64,000 nt of DNA from Eledone cirrhosa (lineage: Eukaryota): contig OZ024740.1 of the NCBI GenBank assembly GCA_964016885.1, positions 150,102,001 through 150,166,000 of the forward strand, in the 5' to 3' direction. The notes under the pieces were generated by a model that did not search any database, was not told the origin of the DNA, and saw only the letters and a list, made by a program, of their open reading frames with translations. Position 1 is the first letter of the stretch. Each line of letters opens with the position of its first letter. Positions 1 to 14,200 of the stretch are shown here, piece after piece. A program made the position numbers and the translations under genes.

Positions 1-2269
1 TTGATTTGTTTGGGGAGGAGAGAGAGTGGGAGAGCTTTCCTCGCTTTCCCCTTGGGTTGATTCTGTTGTGAGTGGTGGTTTAGCTGCTGCTAGTGGTGGT
101 GGTGCTGTTGCTCCTGCTGGTGCTGGTGTTGTTGGTTGTGCGGTAGTTTGTCCTGGCGCTGGTGTTGGCAGCAATGAGGATAGCAACGCCCTATAATTTT
201 CAACGGAGAAAAATAGGTTAACATGAAACAGTGTGGCTGTTTGCCATCAGTAATGATTTGTATCTCACACTTGTCCGGCAGCTTGACGTGGACCGGAATA
301 TTACTAATGTCCCCAGGTCTGATTTAGAGAAGAATCTCCAAACCAGTCCCGAACCACATCTCCCTCTTTATAAACTTCACATCAAGGAGGGTGTCAGGGC
401 CCTCTGCCGCCATGCATCTCAGGAGCCACCACAGCTAGCATCCAACAAGTAAAATGCTGTTGCTGTCAATTTTGCCTTGCGAAAAACAGTGAAAATGAGT
501 ACACAGACTTATTTGTTGTGTCAAAAGAACTATCCATACGTGAAAGACCGACTGGTATCATTGAATAGTCCACCTTCCCACCTGGAACAACGAACCTAAA
601 AATCTCTTGTCGCTGATTTGCTAACTCCAGCATGTGTGTGAACTGAACTAACTAGTGGTGGCCTATAAAACTCCCAGTTGTCAATCATATCTTTGCATTA
701 CCCTTTTCACGGCACATCTGATAAGTTAAATGTATAGCTTTACATCTAAGAACCTAGAAATTACAAACCTGTCAACTCTCGCCGTCCAACGGGGAAATCT
801 CCCACCCACTTTGGGGTGGGTGAAAGATAAAAGTCTTCTCTTGTGAAAATGGGTATAGGTTTCATTATGTAAAATCTTTCCATTTTGCCTCATTTCTCAC
901 CATTTAGGGCACCTTTTTTCATGGTACGCCCCGTTTGGGTTTTTAGAGGTTGGCAGGTCTGGAATTAGTTAAAATGTTAACACATATATTCAATTTCCAT
1001 ATTATGAGTTGATTGTTTTTATTCACACACAACTAAATGCATACACCAGATGACCACAGTGCTTAACCAATAACTTCCAGAAGACAAACAATTCACCAAA
1101 CACAAAGAATGGTCCCATTATGCAATACTAATAAACCAGCCACAATGCCAAAACCTTTCCTGTAGAGTAACATATTAAGTATAGTGATACCATATAACTG
1201 TACATCAGCATGCACAGCATTCAGCAATAGCCCACAAAGCTATATAATTAACTATAATTAACCAAAGGCATACATAATACGCCCGCAACACAAATCCAAA
1301 TTATCCAAATTATTTACTAAACACAAAACTATCCCATTGCACAACATACACTCCCAATAACACCTACTCTTGACTCTCGAATAATCAACGTAACTAAAAT
1401 ACCAAAACATAAAGTCTAGCTAGTCAGAGACAAAAGTACATTAACAAACAATATTATAAAATACAATAGCTATAAGGAATCATGGGAAATTAACACTTGC
1501 AGTCTTTTCACCCTTTTATCTATAACAACTAAAGAGCCGCTCAAACCACTCTATTCAATGCCCTAGTGATATTTCTAATTCTATTTCATTCTTATGTATT
1601 CTTATAATGTATTTGTCCACCATACGACCTCTTTTACCAAGGTCTCCAGGCAGATTTGTTGTTGCTGTTGTCGTTCCTGTTCACGACTGTGTTTCTACTG
1701 TTGTTGGTGTTGTTGTTGTTGGTACTGTCGTTGTTGTCATTTTTATTTATATTAGTGTTCTCACTGTTGTTTGTGCAAGTATCGGCGATATTGCCTGACG
1801 TGTTGTTAGATTTTTAAAATTGTTGCGGGATGGGCAGCGTTATTAGCCTCAACATTTGACTCGCTGTCGCACGACAGTAAACTCACAGTTGGGGGTGGCG
1901 GCGTGGCTCCGTCATGTTTTGTTTTTTTTTCATAAAAATTTTCTTTTAAACACACAAAGGTTAAATATTTGGGCCAAAAGACCCAAATATTATGGGGAGT
2001 CCTTTCTTGAGGGCTAAGACTAAAGAATTAAGCCCCTTTTGAAACAAAAATATTAATAATGTACGTATTTAAAGCCGTAGAAATAACAAACTTACTCGAG
2101 CTCACGATAGTACCAATAATAATAATAATTGTTTCTACTTTTGGCACAAGGCCAGCAATTATCCCAGTGTATTACTCCAGTGTATAACACCTACTCTTGA
2201 CTCTCGAATAATCAACGTCATTAAAATACCAAAACATAAAGTCTAGCTAGTCAGAGACAAAAGTACATT

Positions 2270-5200
2270 AAGTTTGTCTGTTACTGACCCCACATGGAGT
2301 TCAGAAAGAGAGGCAACACTTATATTAGGCGAATGAATTCAGTTGTGTATAATATTGCGAAAATGCAAAATATCATAAATCGAATAAAGCTCTCGACAGA
2401 GTGGTTAAATATCACAAAGCTATTCAACAGTCAATAGAATAAACCAAAAAAAATCGATAAAATTAACTGGCCAATAGCTGGATTCTGGAGATTAATACAA
2501 ATATAAATTAGCGAGAATCGAATTTCAGCACAGGAATTAACGAAAAACACTTCCGAGTTGTGTGGCAAGCGCTCGATAATTCATATGAATTAGAGATACA
2601 ACATACGTTAAAGTCCAAACACACTGAGATGGTGGTTAAACTAATCATCCGCACAGCGAAAAAACGATCAAGTAATTCGGGTCAAGCAGATATAAAAATA
2701 TAAAAATATATAAAAGTTTATATGGTTGAAAATTTACCCGGACCCCTGGAGAGATGGTAAAATCCAGTATTTGGGGTTTCTGCGGCACCATAAGTCATTT
2801 ACTGTCAGCTTACATAAAGGATGTTAGGCTTCTGGCAAGATGACTGAACAAGGAAGTCGCGTTGTCAACGGGATTTAGCTTAGTAGTATATATAAGTTTG
2901 TCTGTTACTGACCCCACGTGGAGTTCAGTAAGGGAGGCAACACTTATATTAATCGAATGAATTCAGTTGTGTATAATATTGCGAAAATGCAAAATATCAT
3001 AAATCGAATAAAGCTCTCGACAGAGTGGTTCAATATAACAAAGCTATTCAACAGTCAAGAGAATAAACCAAAAAAAATCAATAAAATTAACTGGCCATAG
3101 CTGGACTCTGAAGATTAATACAAGTATAAATTAGCGAGAATCGAATTTCAGCTCAGGAATTAACGAAAAACACTTCCGAGTTGTGTGGCAAGCGCTCGAT
3201 AATTCATATGAATTAGAGCTACAAAATACGTTAAAAGCCAAACGCCCTGAGGTGGTGGTTAAACTAATCATCCGCACAGCGAAAAAACGATCAATTCGGG
3301 AAAAGCAGATATAAAAATATAAAAATATATATGATTGAAAATTTACCCGGACCCCTGGAGAGATGGTAAAATCCAGTATTTGGGTTTCTGCGGCTCCATA
3401 AATCATTTACTGTCCGCTTACATAAAGGATGTTAGTCTTCTGGCAAGATGACTGATCAAGGAAGTCGCGTTGTCAACGGGATTTAGTTCAATAGTATATA
3501 TAAGTTTGTCTGTTACTGACCCCACGTGAAGTTCAGCAAGGGAGGTAACGCTTATATTAGTCGAATGAATTCAGTTGTGTATAATATTGCTAAAATGCAA
3601 AATATCACAAATCGAATAAAGCTCTCGTCAGAGTGGTTAAATATAACAAAGCTATTCAACAGTCAATAGAATAAAGCAAAAAAAATCGACAAAATTAACT
3701 GGCCAATAGGTGGACTCTGGAGATTAATACAAGTATAAATTAGCGACAATCGAATTTCAGCTCAGGAATTAACGCAAAACACTTCCGAGTTGTGTGGCAA
3801 GCGCTCGATAATTCATATGAATTAGAGCTATAAGATACGTTAAAAGCCAAACACACTGAGATGGTGGTTAAACTAATTATCCTCACAGCGAAAAAAACGA
3901 TCAAGTAATTCGGGTCAAGCAGATATAAAAATATAAAAATATAAAAATATATAAAAGTTTATATGGTTGAAAATTTACCCGGACCTCTGGAGAGATGGTA
4001 AAATCCAGTATTGGGGTTTATGCGGCTCCATAAGTCATTTACTGTCAGCTTACATACAGGAAGTTAGGCTTCTGGCAAGATGACTGAACAAGGAAGTCGC
4101 GTTGTCAACGGGATTTAGCTTAGTAGTATATATAAGTTTGTCTGTTACTGACCCCACCTGGGGTTGAGAAAGGGAGGCAACACTTATATTAGGCAAATGA
4201 ATTCAGTTGTGTATAATATTGCGAAAAGGCAAAATATCATAAATCGAATAAAGCTCTCGACAGAGTGGTTAAATATAACAAAGCTATTCAACAGTCAATA
4301 GAATAAACCAAAAAAATCGATAAAATTAACTGGCCATAGCTGGAGTCTGGAGATTAATACAAGTATAAATTAGCGACAATCTAATTTCAGCTCAGGAATT
4401 AACGAAAAACACTTCCGAGTTGTGTGGCAAGCGCTCGATAATTCATATGAATTAGAGATACAACATACGTTAAAGGCCAAACACACTGAGATGGTGGTTA
4501 AACTAATCATCCGCACAGCGAAAAAACGATCAAGTAATTCGGGTCAAGCAGATATAAAAATATAAAAATATATAAAAGTTTATATGGTTGAAAATTTACC
4601 CGGACCCCTGGAGAGATGGTAAAATCCAGTATTGGGGTTTCTGCGGCTTGATAAGTCATTTACTGTCAGCTTACATAAAGGATGTTAGGCTTCTGGCAAG
4701 ATGACTGAACAAGGAAGTCGCGTTGTCAACGGGATTTAGCTTAGTAGTATATATAAGTTTGTCTGTTACTGACCCCACGTGGAGTTCAGTAAGGGAGGCA
4801 ACACTTATATTAGGCGAATGAATTCAGTTGTGTATAATATAGCGAAAATGCAAAATATCATAAATCGAATAAAGCTTTCTCGAGAGTGGTTAAATATAAC
4901 AAAGCTATTCAACAGTCAATAGAATAAACCAAAAAAAATCGATAAAATTAACTGGCCAATAGCTGGATTCTGGAGATTAATACAAATATAAATTAGCGAG
5001 AATCGAATTTCAGCACAGGAATTAACGAAAAACACTTCCGAGTTGTGTGGCAAGCTCTCGATAATTCATATGAATTAGAGCTACAACATACGTTAAAGGC
5101 CAAACACACTGAGATGGTGGTTAAACTAATCATCCGCACAGCGAAAAAACGATCAAGTAATTCGGGTCAAGCAGATATAAAAATATAAAAATATATAAAA

Positions 5201-8200
5201 ATATATACGGTTGAAAATTTAGCCGGACCCCTGGAGAGGTGGTAAAATCCGGTATTGGGGCTTCTACGGCTCCATAAGTCATTTACTGTCCGCTTACATA
5301 AAGGATGTTAGGCTTCTGGCAAGATGACTGAACAAGGAAGTCGCGTTGTCAACGGGATTTAGTTCAATAGTATATATAAGTTTGTCTGTTACTGACCCCA
5401 CGTGAAGTTCAGCAAGGGAGGTAACGCTTATATTAGTCGAATGAATTCAGTTGTGTATAATATTGCTAAAATGCAAAATATCACAAATCGAATAAAGCTC
5501 TCGTCAGAGTGGTTAAATATAACAAAGCTATTCAACAGTCAATAGAATAAAGCAAAAAAAATCGACAAAATTAACTGGCCAATAGGTGGACTCTGGAGAT
5601 TAATACAAGTATAAATTAGCGACAATCGAATTTCAGCTCAGGAATTAACGCAAAACACTTCCGAGTTGTGTGGCAAGCGCTCGATAATTCATATGAATTA
5701 GAGCTACAAAATACGTTAAAAGCCAAACGCCCTGAGATGGTGGTTAAACTAATCATCCGCACAGCGAAAAAACGATCAATTCGGGAAAAGCAGATATAGA
5801 AATATAAAAATATATATGATTGAAAATTTACCCGGACCCCTGGAGAGATGGTAAAATCCAGTATTTGGGTTTCTGCGGCTCCATAATTCATTTACTGTCC
5901 GCTTACATAAAGGATGTTAGTCTTCTGGCAAGATGACTGATCAAGGAAGTCGCGTTGTCAACGGGATTTAGGTCAATAGTATATATAAGTGTGTCTGTTA
6001 CTGACCCCACGTGGAGTTCAGAAAGGGAGGCAACACTTATATTAGGCGAATGAATTTAGTTGTGTATAATATTGCGAAAATGCAAAATATCACAAATCGA
6101 ATAAAGCACTCGTCAGAGTGGTTAAATATAACAAAGCTATTCAACAGTCAATAGAATAAAGCAAAAAAAATCGACAAAATTAACTGGCCAATAGGTGGAC
6201 TCTGGAGATTAATACAAGTATAAATTAGCGACAATCGAATTTCAGCTCAGGAATTAACGAAAAACACTTCCGAGTTGTATGGCAAGCGCTCGATAATTCA
6301 TATGAATTAGAGATACAACATACGTTAAAGGCCAAACACACTGAGATGGTGGTTAAACTAATCATCCGCACAGCGACAGAACGATCAAGTAATTCGGATC
6401 AAGCAGATATAAAAATATAAAAATATATAAAAATATATATGGTTGAAAATTTAGCCGGACCCCTGGAGAGATGGTAAAAACAGTATTGGGGTTTTTGCGG
6501 CTTGATAAGTCATTTACTGTCCGCTTACATAAAGGATGTCAGGCTTCTGGCAAGATGACTGATCAAGGAAGTCACGTTGTCAACGGGATTTAGCTTAGTA
6601 GTATATATAAGTTTGTCTGTTACTGACCCCACGTGGAGTTCAGTAAGGGAGGCAACACTTATATTAGGCAAATGAATTCAGTTGTGTATAATATTGCGAA
6701 AATGCAAAATATCATAAATCGAATAAAGCTTTCTCGAGAGTGGTTAAATATAACAAAGCTATTCAACAGTCAATAGAATAAACCAAAAAAAACCGATAAA
6801 ATTAACTGGCCATAGCTGGACTCTGAAGATTAATACAAGTATAAATTAGTGAGAATCGAATTTCAGCTCAGGAATTAACGAAATACACTTCCGAGTTGTG
6901 TGGCAAGCGCTCGATAATTCATATGGATTAGAGATACAACATACGTTAAAGGCCAAACACACTGAGATGGTGGTTAAACTAATCATCCGCACAGCGAAAA
7001 AACGATCAAGTAATTCGGGGCAAGCAGATATAAAAATATAAAAATATATAAAAGTTTATATGGTTGAAAATTTACCCGGACCCCTGGAGAGATGGTAAAA
7101 TCCAGTATTTGGGTTTCTGCGGCTCCATAATTCATTTACTGTCCGCTTACATAAAGGATGTTAGTCTTCTGGCAAGATGACTGATCAAGGAAGTCGCGTT
7201 GTCAACGGGATTTAGGTCAATAGTATATATAAGTGTGTCTGTTACTGACCCCACGTGGAGTTCAGAAAGGGAGGCAACACATATATTAGGCGAATGAATT
7301 CAGTTGTGTATAATATTGCGAAAATGCAAAATATCACAAATCGAATAAAGCTCTCGACAGAGTGGTTAAATATAACAAAGCTATTCAACAGTCAATAGAA
7401 TAAACCAAAAAAAATCGATAAAATTAACTGGCCAATAGGTGGACTCTGGAGAATAATACAAATATAAATTAGCGAGACTCGAATTTCAGCTCAGGAATTA
7501 ACGAAAAGCACATCCGAGTTGTGTGGCAAGCGCTCGATAATTCATATGAATTAGAGATACAACATACGTTAAAGGCCAAACACACTGAGATGGTGGTTAA
7601 ACTAATCATTCGCACAGCGACAGAACGATCAAGTAATTCTGATCAAGCAGATATAAATATATAAAAATATATAAAAATATATATGGTTGAAAATTTACCC
7701 GGACCCCTGGAGAGATGGTAAAATCCAGTATTGGGGTTTTTGCGGCTTGATAAGTCATTTACTGTCCGCTTACATAAAGGATGTCAGGCTTCTGGCAAGA
7801 TGACTGATCAAGGAAGTCACGTTGTCAACGGGATTTAGCTTAGTAGTATATATAAGTTTGTCTGTTACTGACCCCACGTGGGGTTGAGAAAGGGAAGCAA
7901 CACTTATATTAGGCGAATGAATTCAGTTGTGTATAATATTGCGAAAATGCAAAATATCACAAATCGAATAAAGCTCTCGACAGAGTGGTTAAATATAACA
8001 AAGCTATTCAACTGTCAATAGAATAAACCAAAAAAAATCGATAAAATTAACTGGCCATAGCTGGACTCTGAAGATTAATACAAGTATAAATTAGTGAGAA
8101 TCGAATTTCAGCTAGGGAATTAACGAAAAACACTTCCGAGTTGTGTGGCAAGCGCTCGATAATTCATATGAATTAGAGCTACAAAATACGTTAAAAGCCA

Positions 8201-11200
8201 AACGCCCTGAGATGGTGGTTAAACTAATCATCCTCACAGCGAAAAAACGATCAATTCGGGAAAAGCAGATATAAAAATATAAAAATATATATGATTGAAA
8301 ATTTACCCGGACATCTGGAGAGATGGTAAAATCCAGTATTTGGGTTTCTGCGGCTCCATAAGTCATTTACTGTCCGCTTACATAAAGGATGTTAGTCTTC
8401 TGGCAAGATGACTGATCAAGGAAGTCACTTTGTCAACGCGATTTAGCTCAATAGTATATATAAGTGTGTCTGTTACTGACCCCACGTGGGGTTCAGAAAG
8501 GGAGGCAACACTTATATTAGGCGAATGAATTCAGTTGTGTATAATATTGCGAAAATGCAAAATATCACAAATCGAATAAAGCTCTCGACAGAGTGGTTAA
8601 ATATAACAAAGCTATTCAACAGTCAATAGAATAAACCAAAAAAAATCGATAAAATTAACTGGCTATAGCTGGACTCTGGAGATTAATACAAGTATAAATT
8701 AGCGACAATCGAATTTCAGCTCAGGAATTAACGAAAAACACTTCCGAGTTGTGTGGCAAGCGCTCGATAATTCATATGGATTAGAGATACAACATACGTT
8801 AAAGGCCAAACACACTGAGATGGTGGTTAAACTAATCATCCGCACAGCGAAAAAACGATCAAGTAATTCGGGGCAAGCAGATATAAAAATATAAAAATAT
8901 ATAAAAGTTTATATGGTTGAAAATTTACCCGGACCCCTGGAGACATGGTAAAATCCAGTATTTGGGTTTCTGCGGCTCCATAATTCATTTACTGTCCGCT
9001 TACATAAAGGATGTTAGACTTCTGGCAAGATGACTGATCAAGGAAGTCGCGTTGTCAACGGGATTTAGGTCAATAGTATATATAAGTGTGTCTGTTACTG
9101 ACCCCACGTGGAGTTCAGAAAGGGAGGCAACACTTATATTAGGCGAATGAATTCAGTTGTGTATAATATTGCGAAAATGCAAAATATCACAAATCGAATA
9201 AAGCTCTCGACAGAGTGGTTAAATATAACAAAGCTATTCAACAGTCAATAGAATAAACCAAAAAAAATCGATAAAATTAACTGGCCAATAGGTGGACTCT
9301 GGAGAATAATACAAATATAAATTAGCGAGACTCGAATTTCAGCTCAGGAATTAACGAAAAGCACATCCGAGTTGTGTGGCAAGCGCTCGATAATTCATAT
9401 GAATTAGAGATACAACATACGTTAAAGGCCAAACACACTGAGATGGTGGTTAAACTAATCATCCGCACAGCGACAGAACGATCAAGTAATTCGGATCAAG
9501 CAGATATAAAAATATAAAAATATATAAAAATATATATGGTTGAAAATTTACCCGGACCCCTGGAGAGATGGTAAAATCCAGTATTGGGGTTTTTGCGGCT
9601 TGATAAGTCATTTACTGTCCGCTTACATAAAGGATGTCAGGCTTCTGGCAAGATGACTGATCAAGGAAGTCACGTTGTCAACGGGATTTAGCTTAGTAGT
9701 ATATATAAGTTTGTCTGTTACTGACCCCACGTGGGGTTGAGAAAGGGAGGCAACACTTATATTAGGCGAATGAATTCAGTTGTGTATAATATTGCGAAAA
9801 TGCAAAATATCACAAATCGAATAAAGCTCTCGACAGAGTGGTTAAATATAACAAAGCTATTCAACTGTCAATAGAATAAACCAAAAAAAATCGATAAAAT
9901 TAACTGGCCATAGCTGGACTCTGAAGATTAATACAAGTATAAATTAGTGAGAATCGAATTTCAGCTAGGGAATTAACGAAAAACACTTCCGAGTTGTGTG
10001 GCAAGCGCTCGATAATTCATATGAATTAGAGCTACAAAATACGTTAAAAGCCAAACGCCCTGAGATGGTGGTTAAACTAATCGTCCTCACAGCGAAAAAA
10101 CGATCAATTCGGGAAAAGCAGATATAAAAATATAAAAATATATATGATTGAAAATTTACCCGGACATCTGGAGAGATGGTAAAATCCAGTATTTGGGTTT
10201 CTGCGGCTCCATAAGTCATTTACTGTCCGCTTACATAAAGGATGTTAGTCTTCTGGCAAGATGACTGATCAAGGAAGTCGCGTTGTCAATGGGATTTAGC
10301 TCAATAGTATATATATAAGTTTGTCTGTTACTGACCCCACGTGGGGTTGAGAAAGGGAGGCAACACTTATATTAGGCGAATGAATTCAGTTGTGTATAAT
10401 ATTGCGAAAATGCAAAATATCACAAATCGAATAAAGCTCTCGACAGAGTGGTTAAATATAACAAAGCTAGTCAACAGTCAATAGAATAAACCCAAAAAAA
10501 TCGATAAAATTAACTGGCCATAGTTGGACTCTGAAGATTAATACAATTATAAATTAGCGAGAATCGAATTCCAGCTCAGGAATTAACGAAAAACACTTCC
10601 GAGTTGTGTGGCAAGCGCTCGATAATTCATATGAATTAGAGCTACAAAATACGTTAAAAACCAAACGCCCTGAGATGGTGGTTAAACTAATCATCCTCAC
10701 AGCGAAAAAACGATCAATTCGGGAAAAGCAGATATAAAAATATAAAAATATATATGATTGAAAATTTAGCCGGACCCCTGGAGAGATGGTAAAATCCAGT
10801 ATTTGGGTTTCTGCGGCTCCATAAATCATTTACTGTCCGCTTACATAAAGGATGTTAGTCTTCTGGCAAGATGACTGATCAAGGAAGTCGCGTTGTCAAT
10901 GGGATTTAGCTCAATAGTATATATATAAGTTTGTCTGTTACTGACCCCACGTGGGGTTGAGAAAGGGAGGCAACACTTATATTAGGCGAATGAATTCAGT
11001 TGTGTATAATATTGCGAAAATGCAAAATATCACAAATCGAATAAAGCTCTCGACAGAGTGGTTAAATATAACAAAGCTATTCAACAGTCAATAGAATAAA
11101 CCCAAAAAATCGACAAAATTAACTGGCCAATAGGTGGACTCTGGAGATTAATACTAGTATAAATTAGCGACAATCGAATTTCAGCTCATGAATTAACGAA

Positions 11201-14200
11201 AAACACTTCCGAGTTGTGTGGCAAGCGCTCGATAATTCATATGAATTAGAGCTACAACATACGTTAAAGGCCAAACACACTGAGATGGTGGTTAAACTAA
11301 TCATCCGCACAGCGACAAAACGATCAAGTAATTCGTGTCAAGCAGATATAAAAATATATAAAAATATATATGGTTGAAAATTTACCCGGTCCCCTGGAGA
11401 GATGGTAAAATCCAGTATTGGGGTTTCTGCGGCTCAATAAGTCATTTACTGTCCGCTTACATAAAGGATGTTAGGCTTCTGGCAAGATGACTGAACAAGG
11501 AAGTCGCGTTGTCAACGGGATTTAGTTCAATAGTATATATAAGTTTGTCTGTTACTGACCCCACGTGAAGTTCAGCAAGGGAGGTAACACTTATATTAGG
11601 CGAATGAATTCAGTTGTGTATAATATTGCGAAAATGCAAAATATCACAAATCGAATAAAGCACTCGTCAGAGTGGTTAAATATGACAAAGCTATTCAACA
11701 GTCAATAGAATAAATAAAAAAAAATCAATAAAATTAACTGGCCAATAGGTGGACTCTGGAGATTAATACAAGTATAAATTAGCGACAATCGAATTTCAGC
11801 TCAGGAATTAACGAAAAACACTTCCGAGTTGTATGGCAAGCGCTCGATAATTCATATGAATTAGAGATACAACATACGTTAAAGGCCAAACACACTGAGA
11901 TGGTGGTTAAACTAATCATCCGCACAGCGACAGAACGATCAAGTAATTCGGATCAAGCAGATATAAAAATATAAAAATATATAAAAATATATATGGTTGA
12001 AAATTTAGCCGGACCCCTGGAGAGATGGTAAAATCCAGTATTGGGGTTTTTGCGGCTTGATAAGTCATTTACTGTCCGCTTACATAAAGGATGTCAGGCT
12101 TCTGGCAAGATGACTGATCAAGGAAGTCACGTTGTCAACGGGATTTAGCTTAGTAGTATATATAAGTTTGTCTGTTACTGACCCCACGTGGAGTTCAGTA
12201 AGGGAGGCAACACTTATATTAGGCAAATGAATTCAGTTGTGTATAATATTGCGAAAATGCAAAATATCATAAATCGAATAAAGCTTTCTCGAGAGTGGTT
12301 AAATATAACAAAGCTATTCAACAGTCAATAGAATAAACCAAAAAAAAACGATAAAATTAACTGGCCATAGCTGGACTCTGAAGATTAATACAAGTATAAA
12401 TTAGTGAGAATCGAATTTCAGCTCAGGAATTAACGAAATACACTTCCGAGTTGTGTGGCAAGCGCTCGATAATTCATATGGATTAGAGATACAACATACG
12501 TTAAAGGCCAAACACACTGAGATGGTGGTTAAACTAATCATCCGCACAGCGAAAAAACGATCAAGTAATTCGGGGCAAGCAGATATAAAAATATAAAAAT
12601 ATATAAAAGTTTATATCGTTGAAAATTTACCCGGACCCCTGGAGAGATGGTAAAATCCAGTATTTGGGTTTCTGCGGCTCCATAATTCATTTACTGTCCG
12701 CTTACATAAAGGATGTTAGTCTTCTGGCAAGATGACTGATCAAGGAAGTCGCGTTGTCAACGGGATTTAGGTCAATAGTATATATAAGTGTGTCTGTTAC
12801 TGACCCCACGTGGAGTTCAGAAAGGGAGGCAACACATATATTAGGCGAATGAATTCAGTTGTGTATAATATTGCGAAAATGCAAATATCACAAATCGAAT
12901 AAAGCTCTCGACAGAGTGGTTAAATATAACAAAGCTATTCAACAGTCAATAGAATAAACCAAAAAAAATCGATAAAATTAACTGGCCAATAGGTGGACTC
13001 TGGAGAATAATACAAATATAAATTAGCGAGACTCGAATTTCAGCTCAGGAATTAACGAAAAGCACATCCGAGTTGTGTGGCAAGCGCTCGATAATTCATA
13101 TGAATTAGAGATACAACATACGTTAAAGGCCAAACACACTGAGATGGTGGTTAAACTAATCATTCGCACAGCGACAGAACGATCAAGTAATTCTGATCAA
13201 GCAGATATAAAAATATAAAAATATATAAAAATATATATGGTTGAAAATTTACCCGGACCCCTGGAGAGATGGTAAAATCCAGTATTGGGGTTTTTGCGGC
13301 TTGATAAGTCATTTACTGTCCGCTTACATAAAGGATGTCAGGCTTCTGGCAAGATGACTGATCAAGGAAGTCACGTTGTCAACGGGATTTAGCTTAGTAG
13401 TATATATAAGTTTGTCTGTTACTGACCCCACGTGGGGTTGAGAAAGGGAAGCAACACTTATATTAGGCGAATGAATTCAGTTGTGTATAATATTGCGAAA
13501 ATGCAAAATATCACAAATCGAATAAAGCTCTCGACAGAGTGGTTAAATATAACAAAGCTATTCAACTGTCAATAGAATAAACCAAAAAAAATCGATAAAA
13601 TTAACTGGCCATAGCTGGACTCTGAAGATTAATACAAGTATAAATTAGTGAGAATCGAATTTCAGCTAGGGAATTAACGAAAAACACTTCCGAGTTGTGT
13701 GGCAAGCGCTCGATAATTCATATGAATTAGAGCTACAAAATACGTTAAAAGCCAAACGCCCTGAGATGGTGGTTAAACTAATCATCCTCACAGCGAAAAA
13801 ACGATCAATTCGGGAAAAGCAGATATAAAAATATAAAAATATATATGATTGAAAATTTACCCGGACATCTGGAGAGATGGTAAAATCCAGTATTTGGGTT
13901 TCTGCGGCTCCATAAGTCATTTACTGTCCGCTTACATAAAGGATGTTAGTCTTCTGGCAAGATGACTGATCAAGGAAGTCACGTTGTCAACGCGATTTAG
14001 CTCAATAGTATATATAAGTGTGTCTGTTACTGACCCCACGTGGGGTTCAGAAAGGGAGGCAACACTTATATTAGGCGAATGAATTCAGTTGTGTATAATA
14101 TTGCGAAAATGCAAAATATCACAAATCGAATAAAGCTCTCGACAGAGTGGTTAAATATAACAAAGCTATTCAACAGTCAATAGAATAAACCAAAAAAAAT

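Noticed and set aside
3620-3635. CTGACGA (minus strand) in some monomers as a hammerhead core
   Set aside because: Present in a minority of copies and not followed by stem II and GAAA.
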